From Dehalococcoidia bacterium (GTDB taxonomy: Bacteria; Chloroflexota; Dehalococcoidia; Lucifugimonadales; GCA-2712585): 64,000 nucleotides of DNA. Positions 9,798 through 18,769 of the stretch are shown piece by piece. A model generated the notes under the pieces. It was not told the DNA's origin. It ran no database searches and saw only the letters and a list, made by a program, of their open reading frames with translations. Both the position numbers and the translations under genes were made by a program. Every line of letters starts with the position of its first letter. Positions within the stretch are counted from its first letter, which is position 1. The stretch covers positions 881,460-945,459 of the forward strand of contig CBDFHC010000004.1 of the NCBI GenBank assembly GCA_965247585.1, in the 5' to 3' direction.

Positions 9798-10880
9798 CTA
9801 TACCGGGGTGGTCAGCAGCACCCGGCAGAACCGCGCCGCATCGTACAGGTCATCAATGGGCACATGCTCCCGCACCGTATGCATCTCGTTGGTGGACATT
9901 CCCACCACTACGCATTTTATTCCGTGGCGGTTCAGCACGTTGGCATCCGTCCCGCCGCCGGATGGGCCTAGCTCCGGTTCCAGCCCCATGGCGCCCAGCA
10001 CCCGGGTGGCCCGGCTCACCATGGGGTCATCATCTGACAGGGAATACATCTGGAACTCCACGTCCAACTCCCCGTTTATGGAGGCCTCCCGGTACCTGCC
10101 CCGCGCCTCTTCCAAGGTATTTAGCACCTGCAATTTGAGCAGGTCTATCGTCTCCAGGTTCCGGCTGCGAAACTCGCCGGTGAAGCCGGCGGATTCCGGC
10201 ACGGCGTTTCGCACAGACCCGCCCATGATCGTTCCTATATTGAATGTGGTCTCCTCGTCTAGCCGCCCTTGGGGAAGCTGGCCGATAATGTCTGACGCTA
10301 TTCGAATTGCCGAAAGCCCCTTCTCCGGCTCCACGCCCGCGTGCGCGGACCGGCCCGTCACCTGCACCTCAATGCTCATGTAGGTGGGACTTGCCACCGT
10401 GACCTTGCTCACCGGCCCGTTGCCGTCGAATACCACGCCTTCTTTCGCCTTCAGTAGCGAAAGGTCCAGGTTCCGGGCGCCCACCAGGCCTATCTCCTCA
10501 CCTCGGGTAAAAACCAGTTGCACCGGAATCCGCTCTAGCCCTTCTTGGTGTATCGACTCCAGGGCCTCCAGCATCGCGGCTATGCCGCCCTTGCAATCGC
10601 CTCCGAGTATGGTGGTGCCGTCGGAAATGATGCGCCCTTCAACTATCCTGGGGTTGATGCCCCGGCCCGGCTCCACGGTGTCCATATGCGCCGAGAGCAT
10701 CAGCGGGTTTTCGCCCTCTTCCGTCGCGAAAAGGTTCCCATGCGCGTCCCGCTGGATGGCGAAGCCCAGGCTTGAAAGACGGCGCGTCAGGTCTTGCGCC
10801 ATGGCCTCTTCCTCACCGGAAGGGCTGTCGATTCGCACTATGTCGCAGAAGGTCTTCACCAGCCGGTCGCGGTCGATCAT
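9798..10880 (-). CDS. M20-family metallopeptidase (peptidase T / tripeptidase-like)
   Basis: ORF 9798-11018 trimmed to ATG 10880 (MIDRDRLVKTFCDIVRIDSPSGEE...). Contains HMDTV, GGDCKGG and a GEEIGL-type metal-ligand region. Confidence 0.85.
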   Translation of the reverse strand: MIDRDRLVKTFCDIVRIDSPSGEEEAMAQDLTRRLSSLGFAIQRDAHGNLFATEEGENPLMLSAHMDTVEPGRGINPRIVEGRIISDGTTILGGDCKGGIAAMLEALESIHQEGLERIPVQLVFTRGEEIGLVGARNLDLSLLKAKEGVVFDGNGPVSKVTVASPTYMSIEVQVTGRSAHAGVEPEKGLSAIRIASDIIGQLPQGRLDEETTFNIGTIMGGSVRNAVPESAGFTGEFRSRNLETIDLLKLQVLNTLEEARGRYREASINGELDVEFQMYSLSDDDPMVSRATRVLGAMGLEPELGPSGGGTDANVLNRHGIKCVVVGMSTNEMHTVREHVPIDDLYDAARFCRVLLTTPV

Positions 10881-11011
10881 CAACCTCTCCAAAACGCCGA
10901 TTCTTGCTCCGGAAAACAACCGCCACGGATTATACACCAGAACCTCCGCAGCCAGCCCTGGACGCCTGCTAACCCGTCGCGGCCGCGTTGTACCGCCAAG
11001 GCCGGCGTTTC

Positions 11012-11040
11012 TTGACACCCCTAGGGGCCGTTGATAGGAT
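11012..11040 (+). promoter_or_regulatory. sigma70-type promoter candidate (TTGACA-17 nt-TAGGAT)
   Basis: TTGACA at 11012-11017, a 17-nt spacer, then TAGGAT at 11035-11040, upstream of citrate synthase. Confidence 0.4.
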
Positions 11041-11125
11041 TAGCTCACATCTTAGGGTTGTTCTTCTGCCCTAGGATTTCCATCGAACCCCAGCTATCAC
11101 GCCCTTCTCTTAAGGAGCCCGCGCC

Positions 11126-12268
11126 ATGACAACCAGCTCCAACCAGATCTACCGTGGCCTTCGCGGCGTCTACTTCGACACCAGCAACGCCAGCTTCATT
11201 GACGGCGAAGTGGGCAAGCTCCTCTACCGCGGCTATGACATCCATGACCTGGCGGAGAAGTCCACCTACGAGGACGTCATTTATCTGCTCCTCTACGGCG
11301 AGTTGCCGGCGCGCAAGCAACTCAACGAATTGGAGAACACCCTCCGCACCAGCCGCAACATACCGGACGAAGTGACGCAGGTGCTGAAACTGGTGAAGGA
11401 CAGCCATCCCATGGACGCCCTGCGCACCGGCGTATCCGCGCTGGCCGGGTTCGATCCAGAGGTTGAGGACAATTCGATAGAGGCCACCCGGCGCAAGGGC
11501 ATCCGCCTCACCGCACAAGCCCCCACCATAGTGGCGGCCCACCACCGTATCCGGCAGGGGCTGGAGCCCATCCCGCCGGACCCGGAGCTCAACTTGGCGG
11601 GCAATTTTCTTAACATGGTCTTCGGAAACCGGCCCACTGAAGAAGAGGCCAAGTTGATGGACGTGGACTTCATCATCCACGCGGAACACGGCTCCAACGC
11701 CTCGGCGTTTGCCGCCCGGGTCACCGCCTCCACCGTTTCAGACCTCCATTCGGCGGTGGTGACCGGCATTGGCGTGCTAAAGGGACCGTGGCACGGCGGC
11801 GCCGCAGAGTCCGTCATGAAGATGGCCCAGGAGATCGGGACGCCGGAAAACGCCGAAGCCTACGCCCGAAAGATAATCGAAGGCGGCGGCCGCATCATGG
11901 GCTTCGGCCACCGCGTCTACAAGGCCGAGGACCCCCGGGCCCGCCACATGCGGGACCGCTCCAAGATACTGAGCGAGCAAAAAGGGCAGCCTCAGTGGTT
12001 CCAGATCCTAAGCCACCTGGAGACCAATGTGATGGCCCCCTACCGGGAGAAGGGCATCTTTGTAAACGTAGACTTCTACGCCGGTTCCGTCTACTACCTC
12101 CTGGGCATCCCGGACGATCTCTTCGTCCCCATCTTCGCCATCGGCCGGATCCCCGGCTGGACGCTGCAATGCATGGAGCAGTACTCCAACAACATCATCA
12201 TCCGTCCCTTGACGGAATACACCGGGCCTATGGATCGGGTGTACACCCCCATAGAGCAACGGGGTTAA
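11126..12268 (+). CDS. gltA: citrate synthase (citrate/2-methylcitrate synthase family)
   Basis: 380-aa ORF. LYRGYDIHDL, HAEHG.NAS, GPWHGGA and GFGHRVYK..DPR are canonical citrate synthase motifs. Confidence 0.9.
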   Translation: MTTSSNQIYRGLRGVYFDTSNASFIDGEVGKLLYRGYDIHDLAEKSTYEDVIYLLLYGELPARKQLNELENTLRTSRNIPDEVTQVLKLVKDSHPMDALRTGVSALAGFDPEVEDNSIEATRRKGIRLTAQAPTIVAAHHRIRQGLEPIPPDPELNLAGNFLNMVFGNRPTEEEAKLMDVDFIIHAEHGSNASAFAARVTASTVSDLHSAVVTGIGVLKGPWHGGAAESVMKMAQEIGTPENAEAYARKIIEGGGRIMGFGHRVYKAEDPRARHMRDRSKILSEQKGQPQWFQILSHLETNVMAPYREKGIFVNVDFYAGSVYYLLGIPDDLFVPIFAIGRIPGWTLQCMEQYSNNIIIRPLTEYTGPMDRVYTPIEQRG

Positions 12269-12337
12269 GCTAGCTCCAGGGCGTGCCATTATTCGGGGGG
12301 GTCAGATGACCCCCCGAACTCATTTCTGGAGGCGCCG

Positions 12338-13579
12338 GTGCCGCCGCAGCCCGCATCCCAGGAGATACTCCACCGCATCCGGCGCCAGGGCAAGATAACC
12401 TTCGCCGAGTTCATGCAACTTGCCCTCTACTGGCCCAACGGGGGCTACTACTCCGGCACAGGACGCTCGGCCCCGGCCAGGGATTACTACACCGCGCCCG
12501 GCGCTCACCCCGCCTTTGGCGCGTTGCTTGCCGTTCAGCTATTCCAGATGTGGCGCCGACTGGACGAGCCCCGTCCCTTCTGTGTGGTGGAACCCGGAGC
12601 CGGAAACGGCCTCCTGAGTCATGCCATAGTCGCCGCCGCGGCCCATCTCCCCGGCGGCTTCCCCCAAGCGCTGCGGTACCTATGCGTCGACGTAAGGACC
12701 GGAATAGGCGTCGAGTCCGGGCTAACCCTCGGTGGCGAAACGGTTGGCCGGGTAGCCGCCTTGGGGCTGCCGATTCGCCCTTTCGTTGGCTGCATACTCT
12801 CCAACGAGCTTCTGGACGCCTTCCCGGTGCACCTGGTGGAGCAAGAGAACGGCCTTCTTTTGGAAGTCTACGTTGAAAGTGCCGGCGAAGGGTTTACGGA
12901 ACGGCTGGACCGGCCCTCTACCGGCGCGCTGGCGCGGCGACTGGAAGAGCTAGGGGTACGGCTGAACGAGGGCCAGCGGGCAGAGGTCAACCTGGCGCTG
13001 GGTCCCTGGATACGTGAGGCCGCCACGGCGCTCCGCCGCGGGTATCTGGTGACAATTGACTACGGCCGGGAGGCGGAGGACCTCTACTCTGCCGAAAGGC
13101 CCCGGGGCACCCTCACTTGCCACCACAATCAGATGCAGACGGACAACCCGTTTCTGCACGTTGGCTTCCAGGACGTGACCGCCCAGGTGGACTTCACCTC
13201 CGTGGTGAGACTGGGAGACGAAGTTGGGCTTAGGCCCGTGGCGTATCTGCCCCAGGGACAGGCCTTCACAAACCTGGGCATCCGCCGAATGATGGGCGCT
13301 TTGACCGCGCTGGATTTGTCACAGGCCCAGCGAGACGCCAACCGGATGGGGATGCTGGACCTTATACGCCCGGGCGGAATGGGAGACTTTAGAGTGCTAG
13401 TCCAGCAGAAGGCCGCGCCGGCGGAGCCGCTTTGGTGTCAGACACCTGACCAGGGATTGGAGCGCATCCTGCCACTGCTTCCCACCCCGCTGCTCTCCGA
13501 ATTACACGTCCCGCTGTTGGCGGCGAAATACCCTCACCTGGCCCAGGACTGGGGCACCTTGGACTCGAAAGCACCGTAG
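12338..13579 (+). CDS. SAM-dependent methyltransferase, MidA/NDUFAF7 (DUF185) family
   Basis: 413-aa ORF. GKITFAEFMQLALYWPNGGYY... and VVEPGAGNG..., with SNELLDAFP in the middle. GTG start has GGAGG 6 nt upstream. Confidence 0.8.
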   Translation: MPPQPASQEILHRIRRQGKITFAEFMQLALYWPNGGYYSGTGRSAPARDYYTAPGAHPAFGALLAVQLFQMWRRLDEPRPFCVVEPGAGNGLLSHAIVAAAAHLPGGFPQALRYLCVDVRTGIGVESGLTLGGETVGRVAALGLPIRPFVGCILSNELLDAFPVHLVEQENGLLLEVYVESAGEGFTERLDRPSTGALARRLEELGVRLNEGQRAEVNLALGPWIREAATALRRGYLVTIDYGREAEDLYSAERPRGTLTCHHNQMQTDNPFLHVGFQDVTAQVDFTSVVRLGDEVGLRPVAYLPQGQAFTNLGIRRMMGALTALDLSQAQRDANRMGMLDLIRPGGMGDFRVLVQQKAAPAEPLWCQTPDQGLERILPLLPTPLLSELHVPLLAAKYPHLAQDWGTLDSKAP

Positions 13580-13672
13580 CGGGCGGGGGTCAAGCCTGAG
13601 TGGGAAGAAACACCTGCTTGGACCCGTCGCTGAGCGGTTCCCGCCGCAAGACCTTTTCGTAAAGCGCCGCCG

Positions 13673-14131
13673 TCAGGTCCAGGTCCACCGAAGATACTGA
13701 CGTAGCCTCTCCGGCTCCTCCTCCCACACCTGGACGTTCCGCCGATGATCCCAAGCCACCTTCTGTCTGCCTAGCGTCTCCCGGGCCAGGTTGTCCAGGG
13801 AAATGCGATGGCCGGCAGCCTTGGTGAATTCGGCCAGGATATCGTAGTGTTTCCTCACCTCCAACTTCTCTCCAGTGAGCCTGAACAGGTGGTGGTTGAG
13901 AATGGGAAGGTCAAACCTTCCGCCGTTAAATGTGACCACCGTCCCCTCAAAATCCCGGAGGAAGCCCAACAAGCCCCTAAGCTCCCCGGTTGTGCACCCG
14001 TAGAATTGATGCCCGCCCTGCCACAGGACTCCGGTTACCAGCAGTTGGAAACTTTCCGGGATCCGGTTGAAGTCCCCGGGAGAGGTCTCAATATCCAAAA
14101 TGCAGAACTCTGGGGGGATTGAAATTTCCAT
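13673..14131 (-). CDS. RNase H-fold DEDDy-type 3'-5' exonuclease-like protein (as sequenced, truncated before ExoIII motif)
   Basis: ILDIETS (ExoI D-x-E) and FNGGRFDLPIL (ExoII) are present. The ORF stops at RQYLRWTWT*. The -1 frame continues VDLDLTAALYEKVL... to a stop at 13592-13590. Confidence 0.6.
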   Translation of the reverse strand: MEISIPPEFCILDIETSPGDFNRIPESFQLLVTGVLWQGGHQFYGCTTGELRGLLGFLRDFEGTVVTFNGGRFDLPILNHHLFRLTGEKLEVRKHYDILAEFTKAAGHRISLDNLARETLGRQKVAWDHRRNVQVWEEEPERLRQYLRWTWT

Positions 14132-14188
14132 AGTGTGAGTACAGTGAACTATTTGTGAACCTAATGTTGCCTTCTTCTATACACCACC

Positions 14189-14440
14189 CTACGGCTTTAG
14201 GCCTAGCTCCGCGGCAACTGGTTTTAGGTTTTCGGTGACATCGTCCACCCACTTGCTGGGCCGGACCAGCGTCACGGCGCGGATAAATCGGGATAGTTCG
14301 TGCACGGCGTAAAGCGTCTTCTCCATTCAGAGACTCCCGGGGAATCCCCGTGTGGTCACTGTGGGTCAGCACCTCTCGGCCAATCTCCTCCGAGAAGCCC
14401 TTCTCCCGCAGCGGATTGACGCATCAGCACCTCTGTGTGG
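14189..14440 (-). pseudogene. HD/HDIG-domain phosphohydrolase gene remnant (N-terminally truncated, at least 2 frameshifts)
   Basis: Three reverse frames read in succession: HVHTEVL | PLREKGFSEEIGREVLTHSDHTGIPRESL | MEKTLYAVHELSRFIRAVTLVRPSK...AAELGLKP*. Together they resemble the C-terminal half of small HDIG proteins. The HD motif region is missing. Confidence 0.5.
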
Positions 14441-14467
14441 ACGTGCCTCTGCCAGAACCCCATGGTG

Positions 14468-15421
14468 TCATTTCTGTCCAACGTCCGACACCTCTTCAAC
14501 AGGGGCGGTTCCGGTTGTACCCCGAGGTCTGGGAACGCAAAGCCGAGCGGTGGTTATGAAACCGGTGTGCGCCACCATCCGGTGGACCGGCCTCATGCTG
14601 CGCTCCGACACGTGCCACGGCCGGAGCATAAGCTCCACCGTTTCAACAAGCTGAAAGCTGCCGTGGGACTCCAGCTCCTGGGTAAGCCGGTGGACCTGGA
14701 GCACCGTAGGCAGGAAACTGAGAAATATGCCTCCCGGCGTCAGCAAATCCGCCGCTGAGGTAACTACTTGCCAGGGCTCCGGAACATCCAGCACCAACCG
14801 GTCCACATCCCGCTCTTCTATTCCCTGGTAGATGTCACCCTCTTTTACCTCCAGCGAGTACCCTTCTGGCACCAGCGGGGCAATGTTCTTTAGTGCCCGT
14901 TGCGCCTGTTCCCCACGTAGGTCATATGAAGTTATGCAGCCCTTGTGCCCAACTGCGCGCAGCAGGGCCAGAGTGAGCGCCCCGGAGCCAAACCCGGCCT
15001 CCACCACCCGGGCGCCCGGGAATATATCCCCCAGCATCAGGATGGCGCCCAGGTCCTTGGGATAAACCACCTGGGTGACCCGCTGCATCTCCAAAACGTA
15101 GTCCGAGAGGGTAGGTTTCAAGGCCAAGAGCCGGTGCCCGTTGCTGGTCTGAAACCACTCGCCCTGGTGGTGGCCCACCAGCTTGGCGTGCTCCAGGAAA
15201 CCCAGATGGGTGTGGAACACGCCTCCCTCCTTCAGAGTGACCAGGTATCGGCGCCCCTTGCGGTCAATCAGGAGGCTAAGGTCGCCTTCCTGGAACCTGG
15301 ACCGAGCAGCAGTCACTTTCGCGATTTCTCCCTCTCCCATCTCCTTCACCGGCGCTCTGTAGTGACCGGCGTCGTCCTCCATGTCGGGATCGTTGCTCAT
15401 CGCTTTCCAAAGCGCCGGCAC
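14468..15421 (-). CDS. trmI: tRNA (adenine-N1)-methyltransferase (TrmI/GCD14 family)
   Basis: 317-aa ORF. FQEGDLSLLIDRKGRRYLVTLKEG... N-terminal domain, then VVEAGFGSGALTLALLRAVG (SAM motif I) and DRLVLDVPEPW. Confidence 0.85.
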   Translation of the reverse strand: MPALWKAMSNDPDMEDDAGHYRAPVKEMGEGEIAKVTAARSRFQEGDLSLLIDRKGRRYLVTLKEGGVFHTHLGFLEHAKLVGHHQGEWFQTSNGHRLLALKPTLSDYVLEMQRVTQVVYPKDLGAILMLGDIFPGARVVEAGFGSGALTLALLRAVGHKGCITSYDLRGEQAQRALKNIAPLVPEGYSLEVKEGDIYQGIEERDVDRLVLDVPEPWQVVTSAADLLTPGGIFLSFLPTVLQVHRLTQELESHGSFQLVETVELMLRPWHVSERSMRPVHRMVAHTGFITTARLCVPRPRGTTGTAPVEEVSDVGQK

Positions 15422-15449
15422 ATGGGTGGTGCTACGTCCGCCGGTATAA

Positions 15450-15914
15450 CTACTTCACCCGGTCCAGTTGGGCCAGAATGTCCTCAGGGGCAGGCAAAAC
15501 GCCGGGCGGATACTCTTCACGGAATCGGACGGCGCCGGCCTTGTCCACAATGAGAACGGCACGCCTCGGCGCGCCGTTGGCCTCATTGTACAGGCCGTAG
15601 GCCTTCACCATCTCGCCGTGCGGATGGAAATCCGCCAGCAATGGATATTGTATGGTGCCCAGGGAGTTAGACCAGGCGCGATGGGAGTGTTGGGTGTCAC
15701 AACTAATGCCCAGGACCTGGGCATTCTTCTCCTCGAACTGGGCGTTGGCCCGGCTGAACGAGGAGACCTGGTTGGTTCAACCCCCTGTAAAGTCAAATAC
15801 ATGGAAAGCCAATACCACCATCTTTTCACCCTTGAACTGGGACAGAGATATTTGCTCTCCCGCCTGATTCGGCAGGCTAAAATCCGGGGCTGCCTGTCCT
15901 ACTTCCGCTGGCAT
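15450..15914 (-). CDS. peroxiredoxin (AhpC/TSA family, AhpE/BCP-like) with in-frame TGA at the peroxidatic-Cys position (candidate selenocysteine, codon 46)
   Basis: ATG at 15914-15912 with GGAGG 7 nt upstream. One frame reads ...VVLAFHVFDFTGG[TGA 15779-15777]TNQVSSF...VLGISCDTQHSHRAW...LLADFHPHGEM... to the stop at 15452-15450. The ORF track shows only the C-terminal 63 aa. Confidence 0.7.
15728..15766 (-). promoter_or_regulatory. candidate bacterial SECIS-like hairpin
   Basis: Begins 10 nt 3' of the TGA. An 8-bp stem UCUCCUCG / CGAGGAGA encloses an internal loop and a GGGC-CAAC-GCCC apical hairpin. Hand-folded only. Confidence 0.35.
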
Positions 15915-16021
15915 TCATTAACCTCCTATAGGCTACAATATTAGATGCGTTTCCTGGGATCAGTGTGGCCCGATTATACAGGCAGGTGGGGGTGGTTACT
16001 ACCAAATCTGGCGCTGCGTTC

Positions 16022-16050
16022 TTGACTGTATGACGCTGGTTTCTTAGAAT
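16022..16050 (+). promoter_or_regulatory. sigma70-type promoter candidate (TTGACT-17 nt-TAGAAT) for the tRNA-tuf cluster
   Basis: TTGACT at 16022-16027, a 17-nt spacer, then TAGAAT at 16045-16050, about 55 nt upstream of tRNA-Thr. Confidence 0.45.
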
Positions 16051-16104
16051 TACATTCAATGTGGCGGCGAAGCTGCCGCGTTTATGCGTCAGCGACAGCT
16101 AGAT

Positions 16105-16180
16105 GCCCCAGTGGCGCAATGGTAGCGCAGCCGACTTGTAATCGGCAGGCTGGCGGGTTCGAGTCCCCCCTGGGGCTCCA
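16105..16180 (+). tRNA. tRNA-Thr (anticodon TGT), CCA encoded
   Basis: Acceptor GCCCCAG/CTGGGGC. Anticodon arm GCCGA-CTTGTAA-TCGGC. TTCGAGT T-loop. The T-stem or variable region carries one irregular position. Confidence 0.85.
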
Positions 16181-16266
16181 TCTCTGGCACCTGGAATTTT
16201 TTGGGCAAAACATGGCATGATATTGGTGCAGGCTACGGGCTATGCTAAACTACGTCCTAACCCTTT

Positions 16267-16354
16267 GGAGGGGTGGGTGAGTGGTTTATACCACCAGACT
16301 GTAAATCTGGCGCTCGAAAGGGCTTCGTAGGTTCGAATCCTACCCCCTCCACCA
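16267..16354 (+). tRNA. tRNA-Tyr (anticodon GTA), long variable arm, CCA encoded
   Basis: Acceptor GGAGGGG/CCCCTCC. Anticodon arm CCAGA-CTGTAAA-TCTGG. T-arm GTAGG-TTCGAAT-CCTAC. Confidence 0.9.
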
Positions 16355-16384
16355 CCAGCGTTACGGAATTAGGAGACACATTGC

Positions 16385-16460
16385 GCCCACATAGCTCAGA
16401 CGGTAGAGCACGTTCTTGGTAAGAACGGGGTCCCCGGTTCAAGTCCGGGTGTGGGCTCCA
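16385..16460 (+). tRNA. tRNA-Thr (anticodon GGT), CCA encoded
   Basis: Acceptor GCCCACA/TGTGGGC. Anticodon arm CGTTC-TTGGTAA-GAACG. T-arm CCCGG-TTCAAGT-CCGGG. Confidence 0.92.
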
Positions 16461-16512
16461 TCTGCTAAGATAACAAGTTGATTCCTGCGAAAGGACCCTG
16501 GAAGGAGCTTCA

Positions 16513-17718
16513 ATGGCAAAGCAGCGATATGAACGGGGAAAGCCCCATCTTAATGTAGGTACCATTGGTCACGTTGACCACGGGAAGACCACCCTGACCG
16601 CCGCCATCACCATGGCGCTGGCTGCAAGTGGGACCAAGACTCTAGTCCGCAAATTCGACACCATTGACAACGCACCGGAAGAGCGGGCCCGCGGCGTCAC
16701 CATCAACATTTCCCACATTGAGTACGAGACAGCCGATCGGCACTACGCTCATGTGGACTGCCCGGGCCATGCGGACTACATCAAGAACATGATCACTGGC
16801 GCGGCGCAGATGGACGGCGCCATTCTGGTGGTCAGCGCGCCGGACGGACCTATGCCCCAGACGCGGGAGCACATACTGTTGGCCCGTCAGGTGGAGGTCC
16901 CGAGAATCCTGGTGGCCCTCAACAAGGTGGACGCCATGGACGACGAGGAGTTGTTGGAGTTGGTGGAGCTTGAGGTCCGAGAGCTTCTGAGCCAATACGA
17001 CTACCCGGGTGATGACTCCCCCATAGTGAGGGTCAGCGCGCTGAAGGCCATGGAAGAGTTGGAAGCGGGCCAGAATGATGGCCCTGCCACGAATGGAATC
17101 CTGGACTTGGTTAACGCCATGGAAGAGTACATTCCCGTTCCCGAAAGGGCCAAAGACCTGCCCTTCCTCATGCCCATCGAGGATGTCTTCGGCATCAAGG
17201 GGCGTGGTACCGTCGTCACCGGCCGCGTGGAGCGCGGTACCATAAAGACCGGGGATAACGTAGACATTGTAGGCTTCGGCCAAGTGAAAGGTACCGTAGC
17301 CACCGGGCTGGAGATGTTCCACAAGACGCTGGACGAGTCCGAGGCCGGAGACGCCGTAGGCGTTCTTCTCCGTGGTGTTGAGCGCGAGGACGTGGAACGC
17401 GGCGAAGTTCTGGCCCGGCCGGGAAGCATCCAGCCACACGCCAACTACAAGGCCGAGGTGTACGTCCTGAGCAAGGAAGAGGGCGGGCGTCACACCCCCT
17501 TCTTCACCGGCTACAAGCCCCAGTTTTACATTCGCACTAGTGATATCACTGGAGAGATAAAGCTGGAAGAGGGTGTTGAGATGGTGATGCCCGGCGACAA
17601 TACAACCATGGAAGTTAACCTAATGTACCCCATCGCCATGGAGGCGGGCCTCCACTTCGCCATTCGAGAAGGTGGCCGGACCGTGGGCGCGGGGATAGTT
17701 ACCGAGGTGCTGGACTAA
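16513..17718 (+). CDS. tuf: translation elongation factor Tu
   Basis: 401 aa. [18 protein letters not shown] and NKVD are canonical EF-Tu GTPase motifs. GGAAGGAG upstream. Confidence 0.97.
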   Translation: MAKQRYERGKPHLNVGTIGHVDHGKTTLTAAITMALAASGTKTLVRKFDTIDNAPEERARGVTINISHIEYETADRHYAHVDCPGHADYIKNMITGAAQMDGAILVVSAPDGPMPQTREHILLARQVEVPRILVALNKVDAMDDEELLELVELEVRELLSQYDYPGDDSPIVRVSALKAMEELEAGQNDGPATNGILDLVNAMEEYIPVPERAKDLPFLMPIEDVFGIKGRGTVVTGRVERGTIKTGDNVDIVGFGQVKGTVATGLEMFHKTLDESEAGDAVGVLLRGVEREDVERGEVLARPGSIQPHANYKAEVYVLSKEEGGRHTPFFTGYKPQFYIRTSDITGEIKLEEGVEMVMPGDNTTMEVNLMYPIAMEAGLHFAIREGGRTVGAGIVTEVLD

Positions 17719-17721
17719 GTT

Positions 17722-17892
17722 ATGGCCAAGAAACGCGGGGAAGTCCGCATAATAGTAACCATGCAGTGCTCCGATTGCCGGGAGCGGAATTACACCACCA
17801 CCAAGAACCGGCGGAATGACACTCAGCGCTTGGAGCAGAACAAGTACTGCTCCAGGTGCCGCGTTCACAAAGCGCATCGGGAAATCAGGTAG
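17722..17892 (+). CDS. rpmG: 50S ribosomal protein L33
   Basis: Below the ORF-track size limit. Hand translation: MAKKRGEVRIIVTMQCSDCRERNYTTTKNRRNDTQRLEQNKYCSRCRVHKAHREIR*. Has the CxxC...CxxC zinc ribbon and sits in the conserved tuf-rpmG-secE position. Confidence 0.88.
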   Translation: MAKKRGEVRIIVTMQCSDCRERNYTTTKNRRNDTQRLEQNKYCSRCRVHKAHREIR

Positions 17893-17951
17893 CGGTGACC
17901 AGCCGGCCAACCCCGGGCCAGTCCACCGTTCGGCGCCCCTCTCAAGACCAG

Positions 17952-18146
17952 ATGCGGGGTTTTCGTCCCGCGGAGTTCATTAAAGAGGTGATTGGAGAGC
18001 TACAGAAGGCCGTCTGGCCCAGCCGGGACGAGACGATTCGTCTCACCTGGGTGGTGCTGGTAGTAGCCGCTCTGGTTGGCTTCATCCTGGGATTCTTCGA
18101 CTTCAGTCTTTCCAGGACGCTAACCAACTACGTCATCCTTCCTTGA
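17952..18146 (+). CDS. secE: preprotein translocase subunit SecE
   Basis: FIKEVIGELQKAVWPSRDETIRLTWVVLVVAALVGFILGFFD gives a single C-terminal TM helix, with rpmG-secE-nusG synteny. Start uncertain: ATG 17952, or in-frame GTG 17895. Confidence 0.8.
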   Translation: MRGFRPAEFIKEVIGELQKAVWPSRDETIRLTWVVLVVAALVGFILGFFDFSLSRTLTNYVILP

Positions 18147-18195
18147 ACCGCAGACCAGTCCCATCCCTGTACAGAAACCAATTAGGACGCTACAA

Positions 18196-18759
18196 ATGGT
18201 TCAGCAACAAGTAGAACAGGAAGCCCAGTGGTACATCGTCCACACCTATTCCGGGCAGGAAGAGCGCGTCAAGAAATATCTGGAGCAACGCATACAGAGC
18301 CTTGACATGCAGGACAAGATCTTCCAGGTGGTGGTGCCTACCGAAGACGAGATCGCTATTAAGGATGGAAAGCGGCGCGCGGAAAAGAAGAAGGTGTTCC
18401 CCGGCTATATTCTTGTACAGATGAAAATGGACGACGAGAGTTGGTACGCAGTAAGGAACACCCCAGGCGTGACGGGGTTTGTATCCACGGAGGATGAGTC
18501 AGACAAGCGGGCCAAGCCCATAGCGCTGGAGCCCCGAGAAGTCGACTCCATCATGACCCAGTTGGAGACGAAGCGGCCCCGCGTTAACCTGGGTCTGGAG
18601 ACTGGCCAAACGGTGCGCATCACCGAGGGCCCTTTCACAGACTTCATGGGCACAGTAAACGAGGTGGACCCGGACCGGTCTCGAATACGGGTTCTAGTCT
18701 CCTTCTTCGGACGGGAAACGCCAGTGGAGCTGGACTTTCTACAAGTGGAGAAAATTTAG
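18196..18759 (+). CDS. nusG: transcription termination/antitermination factor NusG
   Basis: 187 aa. [15 protein letters not shown] (NGN domain) and a C-terminal KOW ([18 protein letters not shown]). Confidence 0.95.
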   Translation: MVQQQVEQEAQWYIVHTYSGQEERVKKYLEQRIQSLDMQDKIFQVVVPTEDEIAIKDGKRRAEKKKVFPGYILVQMKMDDESWYAVRNTPGVTGFVSTEDESDKRAKPIALEPREVDSIMTQLETKRPRVNLGLETGQTVRITEGPFTDFMGTVNEVDPDRSRIRVLVSFFGRETPVELDFLQVEKI

Positions 18760-18769
18760 GTATTAAAGC

